A DNA stretch of 64,000 bases from Amoebophrya sp. A120 (lineage: Eukaryota > Protista > Dinoflagellata). Of the stretch, positions 44,230 to 58,794 are shown one piece after another (positions within the stretch are counted from its first letter, which is position 1; each line of letters starts with the position of its first letter). A program made the position numbers and the translations under genes. The stretch covers positions 10,771,655-10,835,654 of the forward strand of contig CAJINV010000004.1 of assembly GCA_905178155.1 (NCBI GenBank), read 5' to 3'. The notes beneath the pieces are model-generated. The model ran no database searches. It saw only the letters and a program-made list of their open reading frames with translations, and was not told where the DNA came from.

Positions 44230-45410
44230 TGACAACGAAATCTTCAGGTGGTTGCGATTTTTATTGTGTTTTCGGTATTTTTTATCCGGTCCTTTTCGTC
44301 TTCTATGACGCGACGTTCCCTTACGAACAAGTACGTACCTCTACTTTCTGTGGAACTTCTGTAGCTTGTTTCTTGAACAAAGCACAATACGACGAATCGA
44401 TCCCGAATGTGGGCCTGGGCCTGCTCGCCCTGGATCATGGATGTCTTTATGGACCTCGTTCGACATCGACTCCCGACGCTGTTCGAATAAGTGGTATCTT
44501 GATCTTCCACATCCTCGATGCATACGTGCAAATCGTACCACAAGAACCACAGCCAGATAGATAGTGAAGAACATCAACCATCGTGGATGAAATTAAACTC
44601 GATTCTAGATCCAAGATCCGTGCGTAGCCACCTACAAAGGTGGCTGCGAAGCCGCTAAGTACCTTCGTTGCCTCTGTTTGTCGTTGTTCCTTCTCGTCCG
44701 TCTTCGTTGTTATTGAATGGCATCAACATGTAAGTACATGATGACTTCCCAGTCGCAGTCGTGCTCCTGAAAGGCCACGTACGTTCGATTCCGAATCTCA
44801 AAGGTTTATTCCCGAATATGGTCGTACACAGCTAGACTGCTACTCGTCCTTCGCCGTCCTGTGTACGATCGCAAGAACATTGTCGTGCACATGAAAGATA
44901 AATGCGTGGCTACGTGCTGGTCTTTCATCGTTCATGTCTTATTCGTTCTTGGTAATTCTTTGTACTATATCTTTACTTCTGATCATCATCATTATACTGT
45001 CGCGAGAATAACAGTCGTTGTGGTATTGTCTCAGAACTCCCATGTCGATAATTCTGTAATACCCCCGTTGCAGTTGTAGAGTTACTTCCTAAGTAGTCAT
45101 TTTCGCTATTCTCTACAATTTTTCCCACTCATTTTTGCCCTGTGGCTGGCGATTGCAAAATTAAGAACGCAGGTAATACTAATATGTAAATTATTTGGTA
45201 CAACGATGAAAGATGTTTACCAAAATTCTATTCCGCTTCCGCTCGCTTTACGACCAATGTGGCCACAAGAACTTAAAGTTGTGCTGAAATACCAATCCCG
45301 CTAAAAAGGGTTGCGTCCTGAAAAATTATTCGCAAGTACATCAACCGATATTTATCTTCTTCGTCTCACCCAAGTAACGCTACAGCTACACCTTGAGGTG
45401 ATCAAATAAG

Positions 45411-48400
45411 ATGGTTTTCCTCCGGAGCCACGTGAAGATCATTCCGGGTCTCCGGGAGCTTGACCTCCAGCGCAGTTCTGACATTGACACCGTCCCGGCT
45501 GACGGTCACGAGTGTTGTGATGTTCCCCACGTCGACGGCTTTTCTTCAGAAGGACTCATCGACGCAAAAGAACTCGAACAAGGGATGTTTTCCACGCCGC
45601 GGTCTGTTGCGACCACACCGGAAGACACCGAGGATGGTGCAGCTGACCAAGGAGAAGAGGAATTCTTTTCTCCCAGACCGGCACCCGCTGATAGACAGAC
45701 GAACACCTTGAGCACCGAGAATTTTGCGGTTGGACGGCGAAGTGAGGTGTTGGTACTAGGTCGTTATGGAGGCGATGGACTTGTGACTGACAAAGATGAG
45801 AGGAACCGCAAGAACGACAGCATTTTTGCAGTGAACGTTGGGAAGGAAAAAGCAAAGGACCTAGACCAGGTCTTTCCACATGAGCGGCAGGAACGTCAAG
45901 ACCTCTCGTCCTCGCGAGGACAAGTAGACGATGAAACACTAGAAGATGAACAGCAGCAAGAACAGCACCCTGTGGTCACGATTTGTCTGCAGGACGGCCG
46001 GGTTTTGCAATCCGTCGCGGAAGATTTCCATTTGACGGATGCTCCTGCTGTGGCTTGTTTTGCCTCAGAGGAAAAAGATGTCACAGGTGTAGACCGGAGT
46101 AGAACACCAAGAAACACTAGAATTAGTACAACCCAGCCACGCGGCGGTTATGGAAGTCCGAATCGTGGCAGTGCAGTTGCTAGCGGAGAGAACAAGAAAT
46201 GCGGTCCTGTGAAGATCTTTCGCGGCCTGCAAAACCTCGGGATCACCCCGGAGTCTGCAGGCAAGCTGAGAATCGACCGGACGAGTGGTTGTAGCAGAAA
46301 GAATCCGCACCTAAATAGTAGTAGCCCCCTCTGCAGGAAAAACAACACTCGTCAGGAAACGCCTTCTCCCCCTTCCGCTCACCGCGTGACCGTGTCTGTG
46401 GGCAGTTCGCTGGACCACAACGACGTGGTTGTTCGGGGACTGGGCGTCGCGTCGCACCACTGCCAAGTTTTCTTCGAGCGAAAACACGTGCACGTCGGGG
46501 AGGAGCAACTGTTTCTGAACTTGAGGCCGGACGAGGAGGAGGAGGACGACGACGATGACCCCGGGACGAGCCAACAAGAAGTCGTGGAGGACTTGGACTA
46601 CCAGAACAACTGCACCATGAGTTGTAGAAGAACCAAGTCCAGAAATAAGCACTGGTTTCCTGGGAAAGTGACTGTGAACGGCGATCCGGTGCCGTTGTTT
46701 TCCGTTTTGAAGCTGAATCTGGGCGATATTGTGGTTTTGGGATCCTTATGGATTGCAAAAATGTCTGGGTCTGGAAAGATGCAACTTGTCGTGCGCATTT
46801 TAGAACAATGAAAAAATCTGTCATGCACGGGGAGCAAAAGTTAAAGTACTTACTTAGCCCTTTTTCTGGTCTCCGAAAGAATGGGTTTGTCATGCGGATT
46901 AGACATTGAGAAACCTGCTCAAAACCTGTGTTGCTGGGGCTTGCATGACAGACCTTCTGTGTGACGCCGACTCTGCATCACAAAAATTTGCAATCTTCCA
47001 CACCCAGACATTTTTACATTTGATAATCCTCGGTTTTCCTCCAGGTCGTGGACTTTCAGGGTGGCGACGGAGGTCCTGGTGGTCCTGCCCTGGGAACAAG
47101 CAGGAAAGTTCCCACTTCGACGGTGGACGTCGACCAGGCAGGACTACTACGGGAAAGTGCGCCAGTGTGCCGGACGTTAGCGTTATCCAACACCACTCCA
47201 AGAACTTCCAGGTCCGTCTCGCCGGAGCGGGTGACGGTGACGACCGGGCCCTTCGTCAGCGGGAAAAAGGCAATGACATACTGGACCAGGAAAAATAATA
47301 AACCCCCGGCGCAGCAGGTGTCCGTCACACATGTTGACTCCGAGAAGCCTGAAGAGGTTGAAAAATTACCTGTTCTAGCAGAATTCCAAGTAGCGAAGGC
47401 CCAGTATCAGACGGCTAAAGCGCAGTTTTATCGGAATTTCTCCTCTCCGATCGCCATCGGCGCCGAAGAGGCGAACCAGCTGTCGCAGGAGCTCCACTTG
47501 AAGGACCTGGTGCCGCACTACGAAGTGGTGTTCGGTACAACACACCAGAGCTGCTCTTTCGCGAAGGGCGTCAAGGTGTCATATCAGCCGCGGCTCGCTG
47601 GCGTGGCGGGAGTTGCGGCGCTGGGAGCAGGAGTCGTTGGTGTCGTATCCGATACGGACGTAGATCTTCAGGAAGGTCGCAATAGCGTGCTGGATTACAC
47701 ATTTGGAGGCGAGATACAACAGGATCATACCGATGGAGATGAAGAACCCACGAGCAGGGTTCTTTTTCCTGGTGGACCACCTCCATCGTCTTCTGAAATA
47801 GCGAAAGAGATAAAAAACAAGGACGACGCATCTTGTGCTAGAGAAGAATCCTTCCACACCGCTGCGGAATTCCTTCGCGTCGTTTTGCCGCAGCTCCGTC
47901 GCGCACACGCAGGTATGCTGCGCGACCAGCTGGCCGCGAATATTCTCACGTTGAGTTGCTGTTGGGAAGAAGCAGATGAGCAGGTGGGAAGCGAGGTGGG
48001 AAGCGGAAATGTGGACGTGGAGCTTGTTGGCGGGTTTGAATATAACCTTGTTCCGCCCCTCTCAGGAGTACACCTAGACTCGGAACAGGCGGCTTCATCA
48101 AATTTTTTTCCGGCGGAAAGGAAAAGAACTGCTCCAACCACGTCATTTCTGCCGACGTTTGGTGCTCCTGTTACTTCTACCCAGCATGTTGAAAACGAGC
48201 CGGAAGAGGGTAGTTCTGAAACACAGACACGGCTCTTCCGGTATAATCCTGCAGAACAAGAAGTAGTTGCAGCAGCAGCGAAAGGAGGAGCAGAGGTGGT
48301 AGCGACACAAGACTCGCCAGAGCAGGAAGAGCAAGGGCCTCCAACAAGACCTGGATCAGTAGATGCACCTGCTCCAGTTGACGGTACTTGTGAATGTTTT

Positions 48401-51400
48401 TCTGGCAGCTTTGGCTACACACTGCATTGAGATTGGCTTGTTACGTTCGAAGATGGAAGTTTACTGTTTGATGTCATTCATAATTACGGATGCCCCTCGG
48501 CGCATCATTTTCGAGTAAGTGACGGAAAGGACTAGACTTATATGGAAAGGGCTAGCAGATCCCTGGTAAGCTAATGCAANNNNNNNNNNNNNNNNNNNNN
48601 NNNNNNNNNNNNNNNNNNNNNNNNNNNNNNNNNNNNNNNNNNNNNNNNNNNNNNNNNNNNNNNNNNNNNNNNNNNNNNNATGTTTATTTCCAGTCCTAGT
48701 TTCAGACTAGGTTGGCTTTCTCCTGATTTCTCCCGTTCCGGAGAGGGAGAGAGAGTTTGTTTCCAGTCCTAGTTTCAGACTAGGTTGGCTTTCTCCTGAT
48801 TTCTCCCGTTCCGGAGAGGGAGGAAGAGTTTGTTTCCAGTCCTAGTTTCGGACTAGGTTGGCTTTGGATTTCCATTGATTTCTCCCGTTCCGGAGAGGGA
48901 GAGCGAATTTATTTCCAGTCCTAGCTTCGGACTAGGTTGGATCTCTCCTGATTTCTCCGGTTCCGGAGACGGAGAGTGAGGCTATTTCCAGTCCTATTTT
49001 CGGACCGTGTTTGATTTCTCCTATTTTCTGAGGGAAGATTTTACTTTTGTCCTAGCCTCGGACTATGTTTGATTTCTCGCGCTTTATGTTTATATGTTCC
49101 GTTCTGGAGAGGGGACTTTATTTCTACTTCTAGGCCTAGCTTCGGACGAGGTGTGATTTCTCCTGATGTCTAGCGTTCTACGGAGGGGAAATCTTTTTTT
49201 GCAAGTCCTAGTTTTCTCGGACTATGTCGGGCGTTGGTTGTCTTCTCCTGTTTCTGGAGGGAGTGAGTGTGTTTCTATTTCTGGTCCTGGTTCCGGACTC
49301 TATGTTTGACGTCTCCTGTTTTCTTTGAGTCTGGGGCGATGGGTTTCGCCCCAAATCCGGGGGGGTTTGAAACACCCCCCAGATTCTTGCTTTTCGAGTT
49401 CTGAGGAGGGAGGCTCAGCCTTGTTGCTGATGATTTGCGAGTATACCCCTATCCCCTTTGTTCTTGAGATAGTTGGGAATCCATTTCCCCTCGGGGTCGA
49501 TTTTGTTTGATTTCCGCGTCCGGCTGTGATTGAGGAATGAATCTGCGCCCGTTTTCGCATCATTCCCGCGTTTTCTCCTTCTACATCGGAGTATGCCCCT
49601 TGCGCCAGCGAGCGAGTTTCAGCCCTGCTGTCAGGCGGGCTACTTGGAGCAGGTTTGTCGCCACATGTCTCCCGTGCTCGCTGGTGAGGAAGTATCGGCC
49701 AAGTTTCTGCTGTTTCTTCGGTGTTTTTCCACTCTCCCCGCTCGGCGAGTAGGCTGTCTTGGATTTCCACTTGTGTTCCAGGCTCTCCCGTGTTCGGAGA
49801 AGGATTTTAGGGCCTAGCTTCAGGCTACTTTCTGCTCTGATTCCCGGCTTCCGCCGGTCTTGGTTTTATTGTGGGTTTCACTTTATTACCCATTTTTCGA
49901 GGTGTGTGTGTGCTGGCGAGCGCTTTTCTCGCGGTCTACTTGCAAGTTTTGTTCTCTGTTGTATTCGATGAGTGGCGTCTTTCTGACCTTGGTTATTTTC
50001 ATTTCAACCTTGCTCGGCTTTGTGGCACTGGCGGTTTGAATCCGTTAAACCTAAAAGAGGGCAGGCGCGAGATGGAAAGGCTAGGGATGTGCCCGGCGCC
50101 TATGGCGCCGGGGCTTTGTTTTCGCGGATTCTTTTGCTTCCGGTTTCCGGGTTTTTGCCGTCCCTAGCTTCACGAGCCGGGTCAAGGGCTTGAAATGAAA
50201 TGACCAAGGTCAGCGGTGGCGCCCGTTGCGCAGATTTTCCCCCGTCGGGGCGAGCGCTTTCCTTCGAGTTGCGAGTTGCCTTTGGAGGGAATGATCTTGC
50301 ATTATGGGGCCTCGTGCTCCTATTTTGTTTGCCTGAGGTCTCAGGACATTAGCATTAAGTTATTTTCAGGTCCCTGCTACACAGGGGGCAAGAAGTGTTG
50401 CGTCTGTTGTGGGTCCGATTGCATCGCTACGCAGCGATATGCTATGCTATTCCGAGTCCTGTGCCCGCCTTTCTTCGGTCCAGGTGGCGAGGCCGTTCTT
50501 CTTGATGGTTTTCTCAAGTTTCCGGGCGACCTTTCGGTCTGTGTGTCAGAATTTTCCGTAGGGGTGTATAGGCCTCTGCGCCTTCCTTACACAGGGTTTG
50601 GTCTTTTTCTCTCTGATGATGCAGCATTCGCGTTGCATGGAACGCAAAATATATCTCCGGGAGCTAGTCGCAGCTGACGGCTACAATCTTTTAGAGGGTT
50701 CCGGAATCTCTTTCTGTGGATCTTGGTGCCTGTTGGGGTGAGTTTTGGGCGACTTGTCTTCGGAAAGGCTCCCACGCCGAAGTTTCTTTTTCCGTTGGGG
50801 ACACAGGACTTGCACGGGCGTTACGGCCACCGCCACGAGGTCCGTTCTAGTGTTTTGGGAGGTTCGTTTCCGGATAGTAGGTTGGTATGCAGGTTCCCGA
50901 GCTGGGGGCGCGCTCACCCCCGTTGGCTCTTGTTCTTGGTACTCGCTGTTGCTCGATATTTTGGAAGCTATTCTCCAGCCGCAACCCGGCCGAGTTTCTT
51001 GGCTGAGTCCTCTATTATCCGTGTGCGAGCGGTCAAGCGCACTACGTGTCCGAAGTGTGGTAGCAACTTCCCGGGGTTAGTCCTCTCTGTTATTAGGCTG
51101 ATTCTTGGCCAGCGCCTCTGCCACTAGCGTTTCTTCTAGTTCCGGCAGTTGAAAGGATATTGCTAAGGGCCAGTGCGATGGCGCTTGGGTTCGTCGTTTT
51201 GGAGCCTTGTTGGGATGCTGTGTGACAGTCTTTGGCCTCTCAGTCGGTGTCGTCGCGCGCGCCCTTGCGTGTGGGGCGGCTGTTCGGTGCCCAAATTCAT
51301 CTGCAGCGGATGCTGCAGGGTTCTTTGGGCCGCGTTGTTGCGCTGCGTCTCCGCCGGTGGGGTAGGCTCTCCACATGTTAGGTCGCGGGCGCCTGCACCT

Positions 51401-54400
51401 CCTGATTCCCGGAGCGCACATCCAACGATGATCATCCATAGGATGATCTATCCGTCGGAGAAGATGTTGAGTAGATCATAAAATATGAAAAAAATCTTGT
51501 TCCTACAGGCGCTGGCACAGCAGGTGTAGCGAACCACGAAACGACCCGAGAACCTCCTGTTCGTCGAGACGAGAAGATGACCTGGTCCGTGGAGACCATA
51601 GCACCCGACGAGGACCACGTCGTGACAAGCAATACAGTGCAGCCAGCCCTTCTTGAGCAGGCCCCTGATCATGTGCAGGAGCAGCAGTCAGAAATAGAAC
51701 GTGACGTCGCAAAAACGACGATAACATCACGGCAAGTAGACGAACAGAACAAGGAGACCCCTCTCGGCTCTGTTCTTCCAACAAGACCACAGGAATCAAA
51801 ACTACCCGACGAGATGAAGCAATCGGCTCTAGTACCTCCGCAACAAAAAACCCTGACAAATGAAGACGCAGCCCCATCTTCTTCTTCGTGGTTTCCGTAT
51901 TCCCTCTCTCTCAGCGGTTCCTGGTTTCAAAAGTGCAACCACCGAGCCGCTCCGGGTGCACCACTTGTGTTGGGGAACTACAAACACCTGCCGGAAGAAG
52001 AAACGACCAGAGCAGGGGCGCAGCAGCCTCCGAGCAGACCGCCGCGGCACGGCAGTAACGGGACGAACAGTAAACAGCATAATGGGGAACTACAACAAGC
52101 AAGGCAGTGTGCGGTTTATCATCTCGATGACAGCCTCTTCACCAACAGTCTAGAGGAAAGAGGTGTCTACAACCTGGACGAGGTACTGTTGCAACTCTCG
52201 TCCTCGTCCGTTAATCACTACGAATACCACCCCTACGGACAGCAAACTGGGCCGCGAACAAAAGACGCTGGTGAGACCAACATTTGTTCCAAGAACGGAA
52301 GTGCAGAAGCGCGTCGCGAGTTCGAGTTCGAAAATAATGGCTCGCCGGCGTCGAAAAACACTCCAATAGATATAGACCCCTACAAGAACAACTCCCCCTA
52401 CTGCCTCCAGGTGTCGAGCAAAGAGAGTGGCGGAATTATCAAGAACACGGGCCATGCGGAAACCATGATCAGCAGCTTCGTATTCAAGAAGCAGCAGCAC
52501 GTTCAACATCTTGACGCCGCTCTTCAACAACATCTGGAGGGTGGAAAAGTCGGAACCAACAAGACCAAGGCGCTGTCCACGTCAAATCTGTTCACCGTAA
52601 TGCAGCGAGGACAAAGACAAACTGAAACTCCTCGTGCCGAGGAACACAGTGCCGAGATCAACGATAGCTCCTTGAAGATGACTTCCAGAATGGTTTCCTG
52701 CTTCTACAACGATAGCGGAACCTCCCCAATTTTGAACAATACTACGAACGCGCCTGCATCCTTGACGCCCCGGCGGCCGCCGCAATCTCAACAACCTGGT
52801 GGGCAGATGAACAGCACCGGTCAACAAGCCCCCGCCCGGAGCGGGCGAGGTGCGACACCAGCTGCACAGCAACATCCGCGAGCCCTGCGAAAGAAGCACA
52901 TGATGGCGGAGCAAAAGAGGTTGGGCCTGGTGAAAGTCCAGCCGAAAACGTCGAAGTTCGAGCGAGACCTGCGCGCCGAAGCAGAAAGAACACAGATGTT
53001 CAAACCTTCGGGTTTGCAGTTTGGAAACGGGAGGCCGGGTGATTTTCTGTCGGAGGAAGAGAAGTCAGGTTTGGAAGAAGAGGAGGTGGGTACTTCTAGC
53101 GCTTCCTCCAGTTCCTCGTCCTCGGCTCTGTCGTTGCAGCAGCCAATCCACGAAGAGCGACTGATCACGGAGGAGAAGTTTTTCCTGGTGAAGATCGGGC
53201 AGGATCGCTTTTGCCGGATCGACTACGCGTTCGGCAATGTCACCCGCACGGTGGTCACCATCCGCACCGAAGCACAGGAAGTCATCACGCTGATCGACGA
53301 CCCGGAAGCGAGACAGCGGCCGGCGGTTGCAGGTTCTTTGGTCGCCCATCAACCAGCTTCGGCGGCTGCCGCGCGAAGTCGTGGGGGGGCCACGATAAAA
53401 AACCGAATGACAGCACATAATGTTGGGAGCAGCAACAATGGAACGAGAGCGCGTGTTGGTGGACGGGGTACTGCGTCATCTTCATCGCCTCTGAACATGG
53501 ATTTGAATCGTTTCACGCTGCTGGATACACACCACCTGCCCACCAGCTCCGCGGTCACCACAGCGCCGATCGGCCAGGAGAGCGCCATGGGCTACGGGTC
53601 GATGCAGCGCGACCGGCTGCTGCGCGTCAGGAGCGGCATCGCGGGGAGCGGCATGAATGCAGCGGCGACCACGAGGACGCCTTCAAAGATCAGTGAAATT
53701 GTCGGTGGGGAAGATCAGGACACCGTGGTTGCGCAAACAGCACGAGATGTTGACCTGTTGCCACCGCAGTTTGATAGGACAAGTCGGGCGGCTTCATCAG
53801 GCAGGGGCAAGAACAGTGCGAATTCCTGTACTTTCCTCTACCTGGACCTGCACAAGCAGCACCAGTCGCACCACCAGCACCGACACCACCACCACGCACA
53901 CCATGTGGAAGACGTGCATGTGACGATCGGCGCGGAACTGCCGTGGGCCACAGGTGGCACCAGAACTGATGGCACTGTTGCTCCCTTTAATATTGTGGGT
54001 GCCCCAACAAGCCCACTTTTCTCCCCCTCGTCCCGTGGTCCCCTTCCTCCCGACCAGCAAGGCCAGCAGGCCCGGCCGCGTAACCTCGTGCAGCTGCACG
54101 CGCGTCGACCGGACTACCGCGAATTGTGGGAAAACGCGGAGTGCGAGCGGTTTCTAGTGGAGTCCGACCTGCTGGAACCAGCGGACCAGCAGCGGCTCTT
54201 GCCCGAAAAGGGGGAGGCGGTCAGTTTGTACTGCGGCAACTTTGACCCGGGGAGCGCGGCCCTGCAGAACCCGCACTACTACCACCCCTGCGACGACGAG
54301 CACGTCGGGCGCATGCTGGTGCCGAAATCCGTCCCCCGCGACCACATCTCGCTGTGGAACCATCCACGGAAGGTGTCGGCGGTGGTGGTCCGCGGAACAG

Positions 54401-57400
54401 CAGGGAAGAAGCTTGCTTCGGACATCAACGGAACAAGCGTCGCCGCTGATGTTGATCCCTTCCAGCCCGAGCCGATTCTGCCGCCGAAGCCGGGGCGGGA
54501 CCTGCGCGTGCTGGTGATGAGGGACGAAGAGGCGAGGAATGAGTTTAAGTGGGAGGAGGGCACACCGGCAAAGTTCGGGAAGTTTCGCACCAACGCCGCC
54601 GCGTCAAAGTACTTGGTGCAAACTCGCCGGGGACAGGAGGGGGAACAGGAAGCGCAGCAGGTCTTTGCATTAGACGACGAAGACTATAGTGCAGCGCCAG
54701 CGGTTCTTTCTGGATTGATGTACAACACCTCCGCCGGCAAGATGAACCTCTATGGAAGCGGAGCTCCAAACAGTCCCGCTGGCACCCAGCGCACGCTGTC
54801 ACCGGAAGGCCGGGCGAGTAGCCGGGCGCAGAGTCCCACCGGTTCTCCTCGTCGCTGGGGGACGACGAGTGGCGGGACAGACAACGCCGGTTACGAAATG
54901 CTCCAACGCAAGCAAAGCACCGAATACATCCGCGCTGCCCCGGCGGTGGACGGACTGGATGGGATCGATGCTGAAGCAGGAGAGATGTTGACCTACGGTC
55001 GGGAAGATAATTCCTCTGCCTTTTTCTACATGAACGACGCGCGATTAGGTGCTTCTACTGACGCCGCCAGTGAACAACAGAGCGAAACCAGAAGCAGAAA
55101 CCAAGGGAAAATAAACAAGGAACAGGAACCGTCTAGCCAGGAAAACAACAGCAAGAACGGCACGCGCGTGGCCGCGGGGCATCCCTTGCACCAGGGCGCC
55201 GCGTCCGCGATGCACGTGGATTCCGTTTCCCGGCTGCTGAATGGCGGCAGTGTCAAAGCGCACCGTCATTCGGAGCGGGACGACCAGAAGCACCAGCACC
55301 ACCACCACAGACACCACTTGGGCAAGAAACGGGAGGACGCAGAGGACTCGTTGTCGTCGAGTAGCACGAGCTTTGAGTCCTCCGAGATCCAATCCCTCGT
55401 TCATCACGACGACGAGGGCAAGGAGGTGCCCGGGACCACGAAAGCAAAAAACGCGAACGCGAAAAATGCTACTACTCGAAAAAGTGCGCTGAAACAGCAG
55501 ACCACAGGTGACGCCCTCGATCCACCAGCGAATGTTAAAGAGCAGAAGAAAGTTGTCAAAGTGTCCGATGTCCTCGCGCGCCACGACGCCATGATGGACC
55601 GTATCGAGGAGGCGGCGCGACTGCGCAAGCAGGGAGAACTGTCGCACGATGCGGAGCGGGCAAAACACGTCGCCGACGCGGGCAAGCACGTGTTGAAGAT
55701 GGTGGTCGGCGCGTCTTCTCCGCCCGCCCGCCCGGGAGAAGTTGTAACTGCTACAACAGAGAATAAGAATATCATCACGGAACAAAACGTTGACGCAAGA
55801 ATCGAGCCCGACCACGATTTCGACCTGTACAGTGACCGCGGGCATTCGGACGAGGATTTACGGGACCCGCATGCCCACCTGTTCGCGGGCGGGGACCACG
55901 ACTTCCCGCACGTGGCCATGAAGCCGTTGCAGATCAGGGGGCACCTGCCGGAGGACAACGTGGCCCCGCAAACCCCGCCGCACCCGGGCTTAGATCCGCC
56001 CCGGATCGAGATCGAGCCGCTGGTGGATCCGGTACGGCGGATTCTGCTCGCCGAGAAACCCCAGCTGGACAACATGTGCGGTCCGCCGAAATCGGCGTTG
56101 GAAAGCTTCCTGGAGACCGGGGAGCGGCTGAGCCGCAGCAGCGCCGTGGACCAAACCCTGGTGGACTTGACGCAGTTCTTGGAGGAGATCAAGGCGGAGG
56201 ACAAGTACGCGATGACCCTGCTGAGCCCACCGACCAGGTCGCGGTCTCCCTCTCCACGCGCCGGTGGTGCAGGATGGAATGGTTCGAAAGATTATACGCA
56301 AGCGACTACGTCGACATTCGCAAGTCATGCCAAAAGAAGTGCCAGTACACCAAAACCCGGATTGTCCGCGGTGATGCAGGGGGAGCAGGAGCCGACGATT
56401 CACATCATCATCGATGCGTGCGGCAGCTTCTCGGGGCAGACGGGGAAGGACGTCTACAGCTTGCGGAGTGCCAGCAACGCGAGCAACAATAGAACTACAT
56501 CGGGAAATAAAAATAATAACAAGGTGAAAAGCGATCAACTACTGCTTTCTGCGTCAGCGCGGTCCCGCAGTCTGTCCAGCGAGAAAAGCTTGACGCACCG
56601 CACCACCGCGGGCGTGTACCTGACCACCGCGACCACGGACAGAGGTGTCCTTCGGGATAGAAGTGGGACGCAGGTAATGTTGCAAGAGGTGATGGCGGTG
56701 AATGGGGAACACTTGGGGCACTTAACCTGGGAGCAGCTCCGGGACAGCGACGCGGCACGGGAGCTGATCGCGGAAAATGTGAAGTGTGACAAACTGGACA
56801 AAAAAGCCCGCCGGAAGTCCGCGAGGCGGCGGAGTTTGGAAGGAGGAGCGTGTCGTGGGACTACTTCGCCGAGAACAAATTATAACGTAGACAACAGCAT
56901 GCTGTCATCCACCGCGAGCAATTATTATCCCTATGATACTGCAAATGCTATGGCTAATGTCTCCGACGGTCTCGACGTTCTTCCGGAGTACCAGGGCGAG
57001 CCTTTCATTCCGTTCGAGCAGGACGAGGAAGACAAAGCGCTCCGGCTTGTGGGCCCGGTCGGGGTAGTGCCGAAACTGAATCTTTTGGAGGGCGCCGAGG
57101 TGGACGAGAAAACATCAAAGACGAAGCGACCCAAGAAGCGCGAGCCAGCGGGGTTTCAACTGGTAGAAGAGACTGCAGAGATGACCGACGGCAAGCAGAA
57201 CAACCTGGCACTAGACACGCAGCAAGGTCGTGGAACCATTGCTACGCCGCCGACCTCAACCCGCGTACCGGGCCTGACGACCCCTCGGCTGACCCACCCG
57301 GCTTCGAAGTTGGAAAACAAAACGTTCACGAGCGGGGAAATTTCGCAGACCACACCGGCGGCGGGCCAAAGCGGCATTTTTCACCAGGCACACCTGCAGC

Positions 57401-58794
57401 AGCACCACACCCACAGCCTGGTCGCGCCGCACGCACTCGCACTGCAGCTGCCGCACGCGAAGGCGCCGAGCCGTACCGTGCAGAGCCACTTGGCCCGATC
57501 GAGGTTGACGGGCGGGGGTGGGGCGTTCATGACTACAAGACCGAGCAATAGAGCCGCTTCGACTGTTGTTCATCCCGCTGCATCAGCAATATCCGCCGCG
57601 ACTGCGATGAATTACCCTGCTGTGAGTGCAACAGCACCCCTCTCCCCGCAGTCCGGCGTTCTGACGCCATCGAACCACCCCCCGTCGCTGTACCCGAGAA
57701 ACGACGCGCCGATTTTGATGCACCAGACGGGTGAACAAGCAGGCGCCTCGCCGTTTTTTGTGAATCAAACGCCGCTGGTGCCCATGGCGGCGAAGCAAGC
57801 GCTGCGGGGAAGTCTGGCGGGCGTGAACACGGCACGACGGGGGAGTCGAATTTCGACTGGCGGAGGAACTCCTGCCGCGTTCTTCGGTTCTGTGCGTGAC
57901 ATGTTTAGTTCCATGTTCTCCTTCACATCGACGTCACAGCAGCACCAAAGCCAAAGCTTGTGGTCACCACAAGAACATCTTCTCGGTGCTGGAGCTGGTG
58001 CAATGCAACTACCTCTACAATATCAGCCGGACGGAGCAGTTTTTGTTCCGCTGAAGACCAATCCGGACGCACTGGCGGGGGAGATGACGCGGATTTTTGA
58101 ACAGCAGCGGCAGCATGGGAACGACCTGTCGGCGAGGCTGACGCAAGCCGGCACACGCGCGGCGACCGCGAGTCTGCCCGCCAGTCCACGGGTGCGATTG
58201 GACGACATCGCGGGAGCGGTTTTCGGGAAGGGTAATAATGTAGTGGAGGAAGAAGGCGACGACGAAAGTAGAGAACGGGAAACCAGGGAGCAGAATGGCG
58301 CTTCCCAGTCTTCTTCTGAACAGTGCTCGTCCTCCAGCAGCTCCTCCGCATCAACCTGGCAAGAAGATACAGCAAGGGAAGATGAGGGTAAGAACAGGAA
58401 GAGAAACAAGAAAGCAAAGAGACCAGTAAAAACCGCCGGTCGTGGAGGTGCTAAAATCCAGGTTCCGCTACAAGCCGGAGCCTTCTCTAGTTCCGCTTCC
58501 ACTCAAAGACGAGCCTCGCCTTTCGTGCTGGCGGCGAAAAAAGGTAAAGGAGCTGCAGCAGCTTCGCAGAAAGAGAAAGAGAAAGTAAACACTAGGGCAG
58601 ACGAGTGGGAAAACTTGCACGCGGCAAACCACACCAAGAGCTTGCACGAAAAAAACTTCGTGCCGAAAATGTTTAAAGCAAGGCCTTCGCCGGAGGAACA
58701 TGCAAAAACGGTATTTGAAAGGAAGCTAGAGAAGGGCCTACTGGAGCTGGAAGAGAAAATGAGCCGAGCGCAGACGCTCTTAGGGAGGAAATAG
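45411..58794 (+). CDS. Large low-complexity protein (about 3324 aa) with an N-terminal FHA domain; exons about 45411-46746, 47031-48383, 51509-58794
   Basis: FHA-like motifs VSVGS..NDVVVRGLGVASHHC, VTVNG, LNLGDIVVLGS|SVFL; both junctions in frame; exon sum 9975 nt. Confidence 0.8.
46747..47025. mobile_element. Family A intron element
   Basis: Family A TIRs; TSD ATCCT. Confidence 0.95.
48489..48579. repeat. 91-bp exact copy of 21674-21764 (interspersed repeat), running into an assembly gap
   Basis: GATGCCCCTCGGCGCATC...GCTAATGCAA is identical at both loci. Confidence 0.92.
48580..48679. other. Assembly gap
   Basis: 100 N. Confidence 1.
48681..49320. repeat. Tandem array of about 73-bp units that degenerates rightward
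   Basis: TTCCAGTCCTA recurs at 48688, 48761, 48834, 48913 and 48986, then more loosely. Confidence 0.9.

Larger units (their letters stand above)
48384..51508 (+). other. Large canonical GT-AG intron filled with repeat-derived DNA
   Basis: GACG|GTACTT...TTCCTACAG|GCGCT joins ORF 47048..48430 in frame to ORF 51577..58794. Confidence 0.75.

Noticed and set aside
48681-49320. CRISPR-like array or hammerhead ribozyme array
   Set aside because: No unique spacers, no cas genes, eukaryotic context, and no CUGANGA/GAAA core
49300-51440. Intact coding sequence (Cys-rich ORFs, CPKC) in the large intron
   Set aside because: Only short ORFs in mixed frames with no recognisable domain; treated as degenerate repeat DNA
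51577-58794. Stand-alone 2405-aa gene and many antisense ORFs
   Set aside because: The frame is open upstream to an AG acceptor at 51508 that joins the FHA exons; the antisense ORFs are GC-rich shadows
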